From positions 85,250,001 through 85,314,000 of the forward strand of contig NC_092345.1 in NCBI RefSeq assembly GCF_963676685.1: 64,000 nt of DNA. The letters are read 5' to 3'. The position numbers and the translations under genes were made by a program. This DNA is from Mytilus edulis. Its lineage: Eukaryota. This document shows, in pieces, positions 1-13,097 of the stretch (its first letter is position 1; each line of letters starts with the position of its first letter). The notes below the pieces were generated by a model. That model worked only from the letters and a program-made list of their open reading frames with translations. It ran no database searches and was not told the DNA's origin.

Positions 1-494
1 GATTTAGTTTATGACTGTATTTTGTTTTTAGAAATCTCAACAACTTTCAAAATAATCAATTACTTTTTCAAAGAAAATAAAATATTTTTAGGCTTTTCTA
101 CATTGTCTATAGGGGGTTAACTTTAAACCAAACCAACTAACATGGCCACTGTTACTATAGATACAAATAACAACATTACTATAGATACAAATAACAACAT
201 AACAGGTAAAATAGTAAAAATCGGCTGCTTGTAAATGTTTTCATGCATTTCAGTATGTAGTAAGTGATGACCAAGGCTTATAAGTTTTTCCAGTAGACCT
301 TCTTGTATAGGATAGTTTTCTGCTCTGTTCATCCCTCCTATATACATTTCTTGTTTTTTATACAGATTAGACCGTTGGTTTTCCCATTTGAATGGTTTTA
401 CACTAGTAATTTTGGGGCCCTTTATAGCTTGTTGTTCGGTGTGAGCCAAAGATCCGTGTTGAAGGCCGTACATTGACCTATAATGGTTTACTTT

Positions 495-674
495 CAGTGG
501 CGGATCCAGAACTTTTCATAAGGGGGGGGGGGGGGGGGGGCCTGCTGACTGACCTAAAGGGGGGGACCCACTCCAATCATGCTTCAGTGATTCCCTATAT
601 AATCAACCAAATTTTTGGAACAAAAGGGGGGCCCTGGCCCCCCAGGCACCCCCCCCCCCCTGGATCCACCTATG
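495..674. mobile_element. Short poly-G/poly-C MITE nested in an interspersed repeat
   Basis: Termini CAGTGGCGGATCCAG / CTGGATCCACCTATG, flanked by ACTTT on both sides. It splits a repeat (about 360-745) that recurs inverted at about 47200-47380. Confidence 0.65.
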
Positions 675-1702
675 ACTTTTATAAATTGTTATTTTGATGG
701 AGAGTTGTCTCATTGGCACTCACACTACATCTTTCTATATCTATTGAATAGATATTTTTTTGTGAGTCACAAGTTCAAAGTTACAGATCAAATTATATAC
801 AAACAAGGTATTATTTGAATCTGGAATAATTTTGAAATCTTGAAAATTGATATAAAGAAATGTATGATGAAAATTAACCAAACTACGGGTAAAGATAATT
901 TTATTTTCACTGATATTTCAGATTGTCCCATAAATACTTGGCTAACCCCCTGAATTTGTTTAGTTTTCATCATATATTATTTTTCATTTTTATTCTAGTA
1001 TTGAAATTATTCTTTATTTTTTTAATAATACAAAAATGTACCTTGTTTACAGTATAAGTAGTTTACAAGTCTAAAACTTGGAACAGTGAGCCTTTGACAA
1101 CTTTTTCTTAATAGAGTTTAAAAGGTTTTGTTTGCTCATTTAGGTCTTAAATTATGTTTGACAAAACTTTATATGTCTGTTTTATCAGTATTTTCATACC
1201 AACTTTATTTTGCTGAAGCCTTGAACATTGGTTTGTAATTGAATCTTGTTCATTCTTTAGTTCACCTTTATACCTGGATCGAGCATTTAGTTTCTGCTCA
1301 TGGGAAAATTATATTATCCATATAATTTTGTATCTAGTGGATACATGTATATTAAAATATTGATTGATTGATTGTTGGTTGCTTTACGTCGCCTTAGCAC
1401 AACAAGGCTATATCGTGGCGATATATATTAAAATAAGGAGATGTGTCCATTTCATTTCATTTGAACTTTGGTGGATAGTTGTCTCAATGGCAATCATATC
1501 ACATCTCCCTATATTAAAATAAGGAGATGTGGTATGATTGCCATTGAGACAACTATCCACCAAAGTTCAAATGAATTCGATGTAAGCAATTATAGTCAAC
1601 CATATGACCTTCAACAATGAGAAAACCCATACAGTATGGTCAGTCAACATGTTGTTATCTCTTTGGTTCCATTTAGTTGTATGAACTTCACAACACTTGT
1701 AA

Positions 1703-2150
1703 AGGGGCTTCATTGGCTGAAGGTGGAACTTCTGTATCACTAGCCTGTCAACACTGAGGGGGGCTCCATTGGCTGAAGGTGGAACTTCTGTATCACTAGC
1801 CTGTCAACACTGAGGGGGGCTTCATTGGCTGAAGGTGGAACTTCTGTATCACTAGCCTGTCAACACTGAGGGGGGCTTCATTGGCTGAAGGTGGAACTTC
1901 TGTATCACTAGCCTGTCAACACTGAGGGGGGCTTCATTGGCTGAAGGTGGAACTTCTGTATCACTAGCCTGTCAACACTGAGGGGGGCTTCATTGGCTGA
2001 AGGTGGAACTTCTGTATCACTAGCCTGTCAACACTGAGGGGGGCTTCATTGGCTGAAGGTGGAACTTCTGTATCACTAGCCTGTCAACACTGAGGGGGGC
2101 TTCATTGGCTGAAGGTGGAACTTCTGTATCACTAGCCTGTCAACACTGAG
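1703..2150 (+). repeat. 56-bp minisatellite, 8 copies
   Basis: CATTGG recurs at 1711, 1767, 1823, 1879, 1935, 1991, 2047 and 2103. Confidence 0.95.
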
Positions 2151-2295
2151 GTTGTCAGTTCAAATCCCTCACATGGCAGGTGAGCTTGACTTTGATCTTA
2201 AATAACTATTATTGTCAGTTTTAACTACCAAGGGTCAGTGGTTTCTCAGGGCACTCTGGCTTTTTCCACCAATAACAACTGTCAACCACACAATG
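2095..2295 (+). mobile_element. tRNA-derived SINE (V-SINE-like core)
   Basis: Box A-like TGGCTGAAGG, box B GTTCAAATCCC, and core GGTTTCTCAGGGCACTCTGGCTTTTTCCACCAATAA. Another fragment lies at about 19790-19835. Confidence 0.6.
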
Positions 2296-3103
2296 AAGAT
2301 ATATTCATTTGTTAAAATGTGAAATTGTGAAATCAGGTGTGGTAAAGTTGGTACTATAAATGTTGTTAGTCTTCATTGCTATCTGGCAGTAGTCAAAATA
2401 TATATGGGCAGTGGTATATAGAATACTTTTCAACATGTATTTGTTTCTCCTAATAGTATATAGTTCCCCTGAAAACTTTTGTTGAAAATAATGCCATATA
2501 ATGTGTTCCTGTTGGAACAAACATTCTATACCCTTTATTTGTAAGGAACAAATACCTTACTGTCAGTACTGTAATATTTGTTAAAGTGGATATTTTTTTA
2601 TAAAAGAACTTCTATTTTATGACATACTTAGTATTAGTATCATGTATGATGTATTTTCACGTGCTAATACACATGTTGTCGATATTTTCTAAATTATAAG
2701 AACTGATTTTAAGTAACGACTTCATTAATGGCTTCATTATTATAATTTTAAGCAATGTAACAGTTTGAGCATGTCGATTTATGGATTAGAAATAAGTGAG
2801 TTGTTACAATAAATAAGTAATGAGAAATTTCTTTACCCAGATCTCTAATTAGTATTAAAACTTATCATTAAAAAAACCTGCTGTTATGTATGGTAAAAAA
2901 ACTTATAAATATATGGCAAAATTGTAAATCTTGTTATAAAAGTTCTTTTTTCGTCACAAAAAGACTGATGAATTAGAGAAACTCTATAGTATTTTTGTTT
3001 TATTGTCTTTGAATTTTGTTTTTTCATCAACATCTTTTTTACTTTCCAATTTAAAAATGAATTTGAAACTTAAGATTATTGAAGATTTATTGTTTATTTG
3101 CAG

Positions 3104-3220
3104 TAGGTGTGAAGACCAAATGATGATCGATAGAACAGATTATGATATAGATTTGATGACAAAGAGTTAGAATTCAGTATTGGTGGATTATCTGTAAAAT
3201 GTGAAGTTAACTTTTTAAAG
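3104..3220 (+). other. Candidate non-coding 5' UTR exon of the adenylate cyclase
   Basis: Polypyrimidine tract plus TTTGCAG at 3101-3103 and a strong AAG|GTAAGT donor at 3220/3221. The first coding exon starts with an acceptor (tag at 12241-12243) 2 nt before the ATG, so an upstream exon must exist. Confidence 0.45.
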
Positions 3221-4724
3221 GTAAGTCATAACTATTAATACCCACGCATCACTAAACCTTTTTTCTAATAAACTATTTGTTTTGATTTTGAAATATTTCA
3301 TATTTGTCATTGATTTCCTACAGGAAACAAAGGAGTTTTGAAGAAAAGAGAATTTTACTCATCTACTGATAAGTTATTTTGTTTGATTTAATTCTTTTAG
3401 TTTTGATGACCCTAGCCTTCATCCAGTGTGGTTGTCAATGATAAATTGTAATTTTGACCAAAGATTTAATAAAAAAAAAAATAGAAATCCTATGAAGAGC
3501 AAACTACTAGCCAAACTTGTTTATACTGTTGGTGACCTTCTGCTGTTGTTTTTTTCTATGGTCAGGTTGTTGTCTCTTTGGCACATTCCCCATTTCCATT
3601 CTCAATTTTATAGATAAATATAGGTTTCCTTTAAGAATCATGTATGATGACAACCAAACTGTCAGGCACGTAGCTACGTTTACGTCAAAACCCCCGGGCA
3701 TACACTTGAATCTTGATAAAAAAATATTTTAATCTAAATAAAATTAATAAGAATGATTAAAAGTACATTGGCCTTGTAATTCTTTCTTCAATGGCTTAAC
3801 ATTGCGAATAAAAGAGACAAAATTTACTTTTCAACCAAATGGTATCACATTATATATTTGTTTGGTGAAAGTCTAATCTACTGTGAATTCTAATCTCTTT
3901 CGTTTTGTTTAAAGCAATTTATTATCTGCTGAGATTTCGATATGTGGTTTGCATTTTTGTCAAGCCTGGGACAAAGCCATCCTAAATTTTGTCGTCGGCA
4001 TCAATATTTAGTTCAGTTTGTGAGTAAGTTTTCAAGAAATTTTACGGAAATTTAACAGAAACTATTTATGATCAAATGAGGATCCATAGCATAATGATGA
4101 AATTTTATACAAATATATCATGCTTACAAGTGGTATTTTCCAAACATACTGGTTCAGAGGTAAACAAATTTCCAGATCTGCTAAACAAGGGATTTATTTT
4201 ACCTTTCAACACATATTTTTGGCAAATACTCCTTGTAAGCATGATATATTTGTTTAATTCCACCAAATGCCACTTATATTTAAACTGAGATTTTTATATA
4301 AAATGAATAAAGTGTTATTCTTAAAACTTAATGGTAAGGGCTTATTTTGTGCAGCTTGTTTACATGTTTGTTTAAGTGCATGAAGATTAGTATTCACTGT
4401 TTTTGTCCAAATTGGTTACAGAGATATTGTTTTTGTTTTTTTAACCCTAGTGAAATGACTATATTGTTTCATATTTGTCTGTGCTCGTAACCCCCACAAC
4501 CCCATCCCTCCCCCATACCATTTCCCCCCTTTATGACCCTCCAATCTAACCATAATCTATAAAAGTTCATAATCTTTTCCATCGATTTTCATTTGGTCTT
4601 CAAACCATTATTAACAGCAAATAAAAAAGCATCAATAAAGGTTCATATATTTTCCTCTAAAGGGTCAGTTGCCAAAAGACATCAAGTAAAAAAAATGAAA
4701 AATTGCAATTAATTTTGATAAGTG

Positions 4725-5300
4725 GTTTTTGTTCAGCCTTTGATTTCGGTCGAAAAAGCGAGACATAGTGATCCTGGATTTCTACCAAACTTGGACAGAT
4801 GCTTGTTTATGATCATAAGATAGTGTCCAGAGGTAAATTTTTAAAATAAAAAAATCCATTTTTTCCGTATTTTACTTATAAATGTACTTAGTTTTTCTGC
4901 CAGGAAATATAACAATCACTCTGTGATTAAAATTTTTAAAATTTAAATAACTTTCTTAAATTATCCTGTATTTCTAGCAAACTTCGACAGAAGCTTGTTT
5001 ATGATCAAAAGCTAGTATCTAGAAGGAAATTTTGTTAATTTTTTTTATCTGTTTATCAGTATTTAACTTATAACATGTATAAATGGACTTAGTTTTTCTT
5101 CCAGTTAACTTTACATACAGTCTGCTGTTCAAGTTTTTAAAACATTTATTAGATTCATAAAATATCTTGGATTTTACCAAACTTGAAAAGAAGCTTCTTC
5201 CAATCAAAAGATAGTATCGAGAGGAATATTTTTATAAATTTTTTCTTCATTTTTGTTGAGCCTGCAATTAACAGCAAAAGTAGGTGAGACACTTGTTTTT
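4725..5300 (+). repeat. Composite repeat with internal subrepeats (HINE-like)
   Basis: TCTACCAAACTTGGACAGA(A/T)GCTTGTTTATGATCA recurs at about 4780, 4972 and 5174; the two ends are related (TTTTTGTT(C/G)AGCCT). Confidence 0.5.
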
Positions 5301-5880
5301 GCTTAACACTTACAAATTTTTCTTATAATTTACATTATTGCGATTTTGTGAATTTTTCCTTGATCTTTTTTTGTGATAATTTTTCATATCATGCTACTTG
5401 CTTGAGATGGAAAATTATCGCTAGAAACTAAGAAGGCACGTGGCGTTGCTAACGAAATTGACATGAAATTGACATCGTCGTCATAGGTAAAATAGCGATA
5501 AATAGATTATCATTGGTCATCTCAACTCGATCGCTTTTCTCGCTTTCGCCGTCCCGGCTCAAGCGAGAAAATCAATCTGGTTGAGATGATCAATGATAAT
5601 CTATAATTATAACATAACATAGAAGTTTGAAAATGAAACTTTATTAAAATAACTGAAAGATGTTGTAAAGAGACTTTGGCTTAATTATAACATATGATGA
5701 TCAATTATTATAATAAGTATTAAATAAAAGTAGCTTATAACAAACATTGTAAGAGGTTATTGTATTTAGTTTATAAAATCAGTATTTTTATAAAATCAAG
5801 ATATTTGTGAAGCTTTGACGAAAAATTTGTGGTTAAATTTTACTGTGTCAAATTTTGACTTCTTTTGGTTACCAATTTAT

Positions 5881-6888
5881 TTTTTATACAACCGCAAAAA
5901 ATTTTTGCGTTGTATAATGCTATCATGTGGTGCTCGTCTGCGTCGTTGTCATCCGAAGACGCATTTAGTTTCCGGACAATAACTTTAGTTTTTGTGCATG
6001 GATCTTTATAACTTTTTACCAGAAGGTTCAATACCTCTAAAGGAAGGTTGGGATTGATTTTGGGGTTATGGTTCCAATAGTTTTGGAATTAGGGGCCAAA
6101 AAGGGGGCCCAAAATAAGCATTTTTGTAGTTTTCAAACAATAACTCGTGTTTAAATGTATGATTCTCATTGAAATTATTCCACAAGTTTCCATACCATGA
6201 AGGGATAGTTAGTATCATTTTTGGGAGTTATGGTCCCAATAGTTTAGGAGTAATGGGGCTAAAAAGGGGGTCCAAAACAAGCATTTGTGTAGTTTTCAAA
6301 CAATAACTTGTGTTTAAGTGTATGAATCTTTCTGAAATTATACCACAAGTTTCCATACCATGAAGGGATAGTTAGTATTGACTTTGGGGGGTCATGGCTT
6401 AATATGTTTTGGAATTAGGGGCAAAAAAAGGAGAAAAACTAGTTTTTTTTGGTCAATGGACAATTAAGACAATTTAAAAGCAGTGTAAAGGAGGTACCCC
6501 GGTAATTTAAAAATATTTAACATGCAATGTTGGGTATGTTAGGATTTACAGCCTTTACACTACTTGTAATTTATATATAAAGGAATGTCAGGTTTTGGAC
6601 TAATTGCAAAAAAAAGGGAGGTGGTAGTAGTTTTCAATTTTTTTTCTCCAAATTTCTTAAATTTAAAATTTTTGAAAAGGTTGAAGAAGAACTTTTTAAT
6701 TGCACAATATTGTGCAATAGATTTGTAAGATCTTGACATTTGTTTTGTGTAAGAAATATGTCAAAAATTTGATTACAATCCTAATTCAGAGCTGTATCAA
6801 GCTTTAATGTTGTGTCCATACTTGCCCCAACTGTTCAGGGTTCGACCTGTGCGGTCGTATAAAGATGCGCCCTGTTGAGCACCTGGTT
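5881..6888 (+). mobile_element. Helentron-associated (HINE/DINE-like) element, family A, copy 1
   Basis: 5' subTIR TTTATACAACCGCA with an adjacent inverted copy, a GTC-rich tract, 3 internal repeats of about 162 bp, 3' subTIR TGCGGTCGTATAAA and a short GC-rich terminal segment. Confidence 0.7.
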
Positions 6889-8889
6889 TCCCAAAAAGTT
6901 AGTGTTGAATTAGTTTTATTGTTGACTACCTGTAGCTTACATTTTGTTAAACAGCTGTACTTTGACAAAATATAAATCATTAAAGACAAACACTATTAGG
7001 ATAATATGTATATTGACTTAATATATATATGAGACATATCATGTTATTGCATAGCAATATAATGTTTCCCACAGAAAGTAACCAAAAGTGAGCGTGCAAT
7101 AAATTCCAATATTGCACTAGTGCAATGAATCTTCAAAATTCATTGACACATCCTATAGAAGATCGTAGAACATATATTGCACTCACAAGCTCGTGCAATA
7201 TAACATTCTACTCGGGACAATATTCCCCAATATTCATGCAATAACCCTATATTATAATATTGCAATAATTTAATTTACGGTAGTGGTGTAGGTTTGCCCA
7301 TAGTTTACTTTTTTATGTTGTTTTACTATAATCATTTGATGTTTTCACCAGAAAGGATCATTGAAGTTTATTATCATTTGTTGAAATGTAAAATGGCCTA
7401 TTTATTAATGCAAACCAATTATTTTTTTATGAAACATGTACTTTATTTCATTTTTAACCAAACTTTTAGCCAACTTAATTTACATCATTTTTTTTCACGC
7501 AATCTCTTAAATTCTTAATTTTTTGGGGTAAAGATTGCATAAAATGCAATCAAAACCCTATGTTACTGACTTGATATCTAAATCTTCCAAGGCTGATCAC
7601 TTCCTATTTGATACACAAAATATAGTGCATTGATTATAACATTCTATACAACCTATCCATGAACATTTAAAGAAGTTTATCAATGTAATATATGCTCAGA
7701 TATTCAAGTCACAAAACAATGTTACAACTGTCAAGAAAATTATATAACTTTCGCAAGGTGCAGGAATCTAATATCTGTTTTGAAAATATAAATGATGTCA
7801 TTGTTAATTAAGTTATATTTAAAAAAAATTGGAGCTATCTCCCATTGTCCAGTACTCTAGTTGAATCAACTACAGCCAATGCTTTATCGACAATGCAATA
7901 TTTAATATACTTCTCACTGATAAATTATTGCAATCTTTACCCTTCTGTGCTTACAAGCACTTTGACTATCTAGTTTTAAAGAAGATAGAACATTAATACA
8001 TTTGCAAAGATTTATGTTTGTTTTATCTTTTTATTTGCAAAAAATGCAAAAAATAATCGCCCAGGAAAATGATTTGTTTACAGTATATTAATTGTGTAAT
8101 TGCTTTCCCTCATTTAATTATAATACATTTATCAATAAATGAATGGGATATTATTATCTGGACAGGTCTGTTTTGATGTCACTGTGATAAACATTTTGAA
8201 CATTGACATGTTGTTAATGACAAAAATAAACAAGAGACATGTCCTATTCTATTAATATATTTAAACATATTCATAAGAGATACCTTGTAGCAAATTGTCT
8301 TTTTGTGGACAAACCTTGATCTATTTTGACAGTTATTGCTGGTTTGCATTAGAAGAAAAACGTTTGAAGCTTTGAAAAACACATAAGAAATATTGTTATC
8401 TAAAAGACTTAATCTTACCAACACCTGAACCAAGTCATTCTTTTCTTCATATTTTACTGTTGTGTTACTACCAAGTAGAGAAGAAAAATTGCAAAAGAAA
8501 ACAAACCACATTGTTATTTTCCCATTTTGATCTTATTCTGAACGAAACAGTTTCTGCCTTTTATGGTGTTACTGTGACATTATGTATGTTGCAGACTCAG
8601 GATAAGAGGTTGCCATGCCAAACTGGTCAAACTAGATAATTTTCTGCAATGCAAAATAAACTGATATATGTTTTCTAGTTCATGTAGTTAGATAAATCAA
8701 GAACTTGTTTTTAAATGATTTTTTCATGCAGTTAGTACGCTTTGATCATGATCAAAGATGTAAAATAATCAATTTTATTTTCAGATTCTGGAAATCCTAT
8801 ATACCCGTAATTGTTAACCTGAGTTAGCAAAATTTTTGTTTATTGCTAAATGCATTCTTTGGCTGTTTCAAGATAGTCAAAGTTTATCT

Positions 8890-9614
8890 TTTTTGAGCTT
8901 TTCCCATCATTTTGCGTCCGGCGTCCAGCGTCGTCCGTGCGTCCTGCGTTAACTTTTACAAAAATCTTCTCCTCTGAAACTACTGGGCCAAATTAAACCA
9001 AACATGGTCACAATCATCATTGGGGTATCTAGTTTAAAAAATGTGTCCGGTGACCTGGCCAACAAACCAAGATAGCTGCCATTTCTAAAAATAGAACATA
9101 GGGGTAAAATGCAGTTTTTGGCTTATAACTCAAAAACCAAAGCATTTAGAGCAAATCTGACAGGGTAAAATTGTTTATCAGGTCAAGATCTATCTGCCCT
9201 GAAATTTTCAGATGATTCGAACAACCCGTTGTTGGGTTGCTGCCCCTAAATTGGTAATTTAAAGGAAATTTTAATCTTGAATATTATTATAGATAGTGAT
9301 AAAGTGTAAACAGCAATAATGTTCAGCAAAGTAAAATTTACAAATAAGTCAACATGACTGAAATGGTCAATTGACCCTCTAAGGAGTTATTGTCCTTTAT
9401 AGTCAATTTTTAACAATTTTCAAAAAATTTATAAATTTTTACTAACATTAGCCACTGAAACTACTGGGCCAAGTTCATTATAGATAGAGATAATTGTAAG
9501 CAGCAAGAATGTTCAGTAAAGTAAGATGTACAAACACATGAATCCATCTGCTTCCTTTGTTTAATATTCACATAGACCAAGGTGAGCGACACAGGCTCTT
9601 TAGAGCCTCTAGTT
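8890..9614 (+). mobile_element. HINE/Pearl-like element
   Basis: CGTC-rich tract near the 5' end; 3' AGGTGAGC followed by hairpin AGGCTCT-TT-AGAGCCT and T-rich flanks. Confidence 0.6.
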
Positions 9615-10029
9615 TGTGTTTCAATAGTACTGGAAAAAGTTTATTCAATTGAACAAAAATCCTAAACTACATTATTTAATGTAAATGGACTCAACAATTT
9701 TTCATTTCCTAAACTAACTGAAATGTAAGATATTTGGCATTAAATAAATGCAATATAACAGTAATTGTATAAATGGTTCATACAGTTCTAGTTATTAAAT
9801 GAATTGCTCTAAAGGAAAAAAGGAACTAAAATGTGGTAAAACTATCAGCATTGATTTACTTCATTTCCAGGTTCAGTGATACACTGTTTATTCAGAGACC
9901 TGAATATTTGTCTACCCTATAAAAAATAATTTTCTCAAGGGGATTGGCCCGGGGAAATATGATTGGATGGCCGTGCAGAGATCTATGTTTCTATTTTATA
10001 TTGATACAAATTTATAAAATACCAAGGTT

Positions 10030-11790
10030 TAAGAGTGAACTAGACATGGACTTATCCCTGTTATAGTATGAACTTGGTATGTGGATATCATATCCTCACT
10101 ATGTGAACTAGGTATGAATATTAAATATGCTAATAGTGTGAAATACATAGACATGTCTCATGCCTAAAGTGTGAACTAGACATGGATATGTTGTATGCTT
10201 AAAGTGTGAACTTTGTATATTGACACATAATAAAATTGAAGTGTGAACAAGGACTAAGGCATGGATTTATTATAGGCTGAATGTTAACTAGGTATGGACA
10301 TATCCTATGCTGATAGTGTGAACTAGACACATGTATGGACATGTCCTATGCTAAAAGTGTACAAGGCATGGATATGTCCTACGCTTATTGTGTGAACTTG
10401 GTTTTGACCCATGATAAGCTTGTAGTGTGAACTAGGTAAGAATTAATTATATGCTTTAAGTGTGAACAAGGTATGGACAAATCATATGCTTATAGTATGA
10501 ACTAATTAAGGACATATCATATGCTAATAGTGTGAATTAAGTATGGATATATCATATGGTTAAAGTTTGAACTAGGTATGGACATGCCATATACTTATAG
10601 TGTGAACTAGGTATAGACATATCAGATGCTTATAGTGTGAACTAATTAAGGACATATCATGTGCTTATAGTGTGAACTAAGTATCAATATACCATATGGT
10701 TAAAGTTTGAAATAGGTATGGACATGCAATATTCTTATAGTGTGAACTAGGTACGGACATGTCCTATGCTTATGTTGTGAACTTTGATTGACACATAATA
10801 AGCTTATAGTGTGAACTAGTTATGGACATATCATATGCTTAAAGTGTGAACTAGGTATGGACAAATCATATGCTTATGTTGTGAACTAGGTATGGACATG
10901 TCCTAGGCTTATGTTGTGAATTTCGTATTGACACATAATAAGCTTATAGTGTGAACTAGGTAGGGACATATCATATGCTTATAGAGTGAACTAATTAAGG
11001 GCATATCATGTGTTTATAGTGTGAACTAGGTATGTATATATCATATGGTTAAAGTTTGAACTAGGTATGGACATGCCATATACATATAGTGTGAACTAGG
11101 TATGGACATATAATTATGCTTATAGTATGAACTAGGTATGGACAAATCATTTGCTTATGTTGTGAACTAGGTATGAACATGTCCTATGCTTATGTTGTGA
11201 ACTTCGTATTGACACATAATAAGCTTATAGTGTGAACTAGGTATGGACATATCATATGCTTTTAGAGTGAACTAATTAGGTTCATTCCATGTGCTTATAG
11301 TGTGAACTTGGTATGGACATGTCCTGTGCTTATGTTGTGAACTTCGTATTGACACAAAATAAGCTTATAGTGTGAACTAGGTATGGACATATCATATGCT
11401 TATAGTGTGAACTAGGTATGGATATATCATATGGTTAAAGTTTGAACTAGGTATGGACATGCAATATACTTATAGTGTGATATAGGTATGGACATATAAT
11501 ATGCTTATAGTGTGAACTAGTTATGGATAAATCATATGCTTATGTTGTGAACTAGGTATGGACATGTAATATGCTTATAGTGTGAACTTGGTATGGACAA
11601 ATCATATGCTTATATGTTATGAACTAGGTATGTACATGTCCTATGCTTATGTTGTGAGCTTTGTTATTGACACATAATTTAAGCTTGTAGTGTGACCTAG
11701 ATATGAACATATCATCTGCTTATAGTATGAACTACCGGTAGGTATGGACATATCATATGCTTATAGCTTGAACAAGTTATGAACATTTTG
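10030..11790. repeat. 35-bp satellite array (about 50 copies)
   Basis: Consensus TAGTGTGAACTAGGTATGGACATATCATATGCTTA. Confidence 0.93.
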
Positions 11791-12245
11791 TATAATTTAT
11801 GACTACATGATACGAAACCCCAAACAGAAGGGATTGTGGATGATTTTCATATGATGATGACATAATCTTTCAATCAGATTAATTTAAGTATGGAGCTGGC
11901 ATGTTAGTAACTGTGTAGTCTTTTGTTTCATTTTTGTTAATCTTTTTCATTTTGCTTAGTCTCAGACTCTTCTAGTAGTCCTATTCTAACATTAGAATCA
12001 GACTTATTTGAGTTTTACTGTGAGTTTTGCGGTGTGTTTGTTTATTCCACATTGACTAGAGGTATAGGAGGAGGCTTGAGATCTCACAAAACAATATTTA
12101 ACACTGCCACACTTTAGTGCCTGTCCCTCTGTCTGGAACCTCTAACCTTTGTTTGAATAGTTGTCTTCCCTGTTTCCATTGTCTATTCCTTATCATATAA
12201 TTATCACATTGTTAAAATTTATCTATTTACTTTTATTTTATAGAT

Positions 12246-13097
12246 ATGGAGTCTGAAAAGGTTCCTCATCCACATCTTGTTCTAGACACAGGACAAGTTC
12301 AACAGAATGGTCATATAATACAGAAGTTGGAATCAAGATCTAGACTACTAAATGGAAATACTGACAGGAATGGAAATGACAATAATTCTCATATTGTTAA
12401 CTTGGAAGGTACTGTGTCACCAAACAGTCTTCGTCCAGACACACCCACATCGGCTACAAGGAAATCAGCATGGGAAAGAGCAAGAGACAAATATAAAGCT
12501 CAAGAATTAGAATGCAGCAAAAAGAAAACAAAAGTAAAACCTTTTGTTGATCCTGATGAGAAAGTAGAACAGAAGAAATTTCTAAACTTAAGTGGTGTTA
12601 AAGAAGTATTTTCATCAAGTCATTTCCAAAATAAGGATCTTGAACGATTATACCAGCGGTATTTCTTCAAACTTAATCAGTTGAACCTGTGTATTTCTTT
12701 GGGATTCATTTGTGTTATTAGTATAATACTGCTAGTGACTTACTATATTTATGGAGCTATTATGCCGGCAAGAGCCATCAATTTTGGCATTTTGTTTTTT
12801 TTGTGTATATTTTTAGAATTTTTATGTAATCGATCATCTTTTGACCAACAGCAAATGTTGATAACCTTGTTCATCATTATTTTGTTTTTTTGTGCATCAT
12901 GTGTTCTTGTTTCTCTGGACAACTCACCCAAATCAGGGTCTGATGGAGTTTGGATGAATGTTATATTTATATACATGATCTACACACTGCTACCTATTAG
13001 AATGAGATTTGCATGCCTGACTGGAATCACACTGTCCATTATTAGTGTATCGTGTACTGTCAGTTTTACAGCAGACAAAGGATACAGAGTAAAACAG
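12246..13097 (+). CDS. ADCY5: ADCY coding exon 1 (N-terminus and first TM cluster)
   Basis: MESEKVP...GYRVKQ; donor CAG|gtatat. Confidence 0.92.

Noticed and set aside
123-818. ORFs with poly-Gly and poly-Pro
   Set aside because: Artefacts of G/C runs in a MITE and the surrounding repeat.
1703-2150. CRISPR-like appearance of the regular repeats (also at 10-11.8 kb and 60.7-63.3 kb)
   Set aside because: There are no unique spacers and no cas genes, and the context is eukaryotic; these are tandem repeats.
2095-2170. tRNA gene
   Set aside because: It has box A/B-like motifs but no cloverleaf, and it continues into a SINE body.
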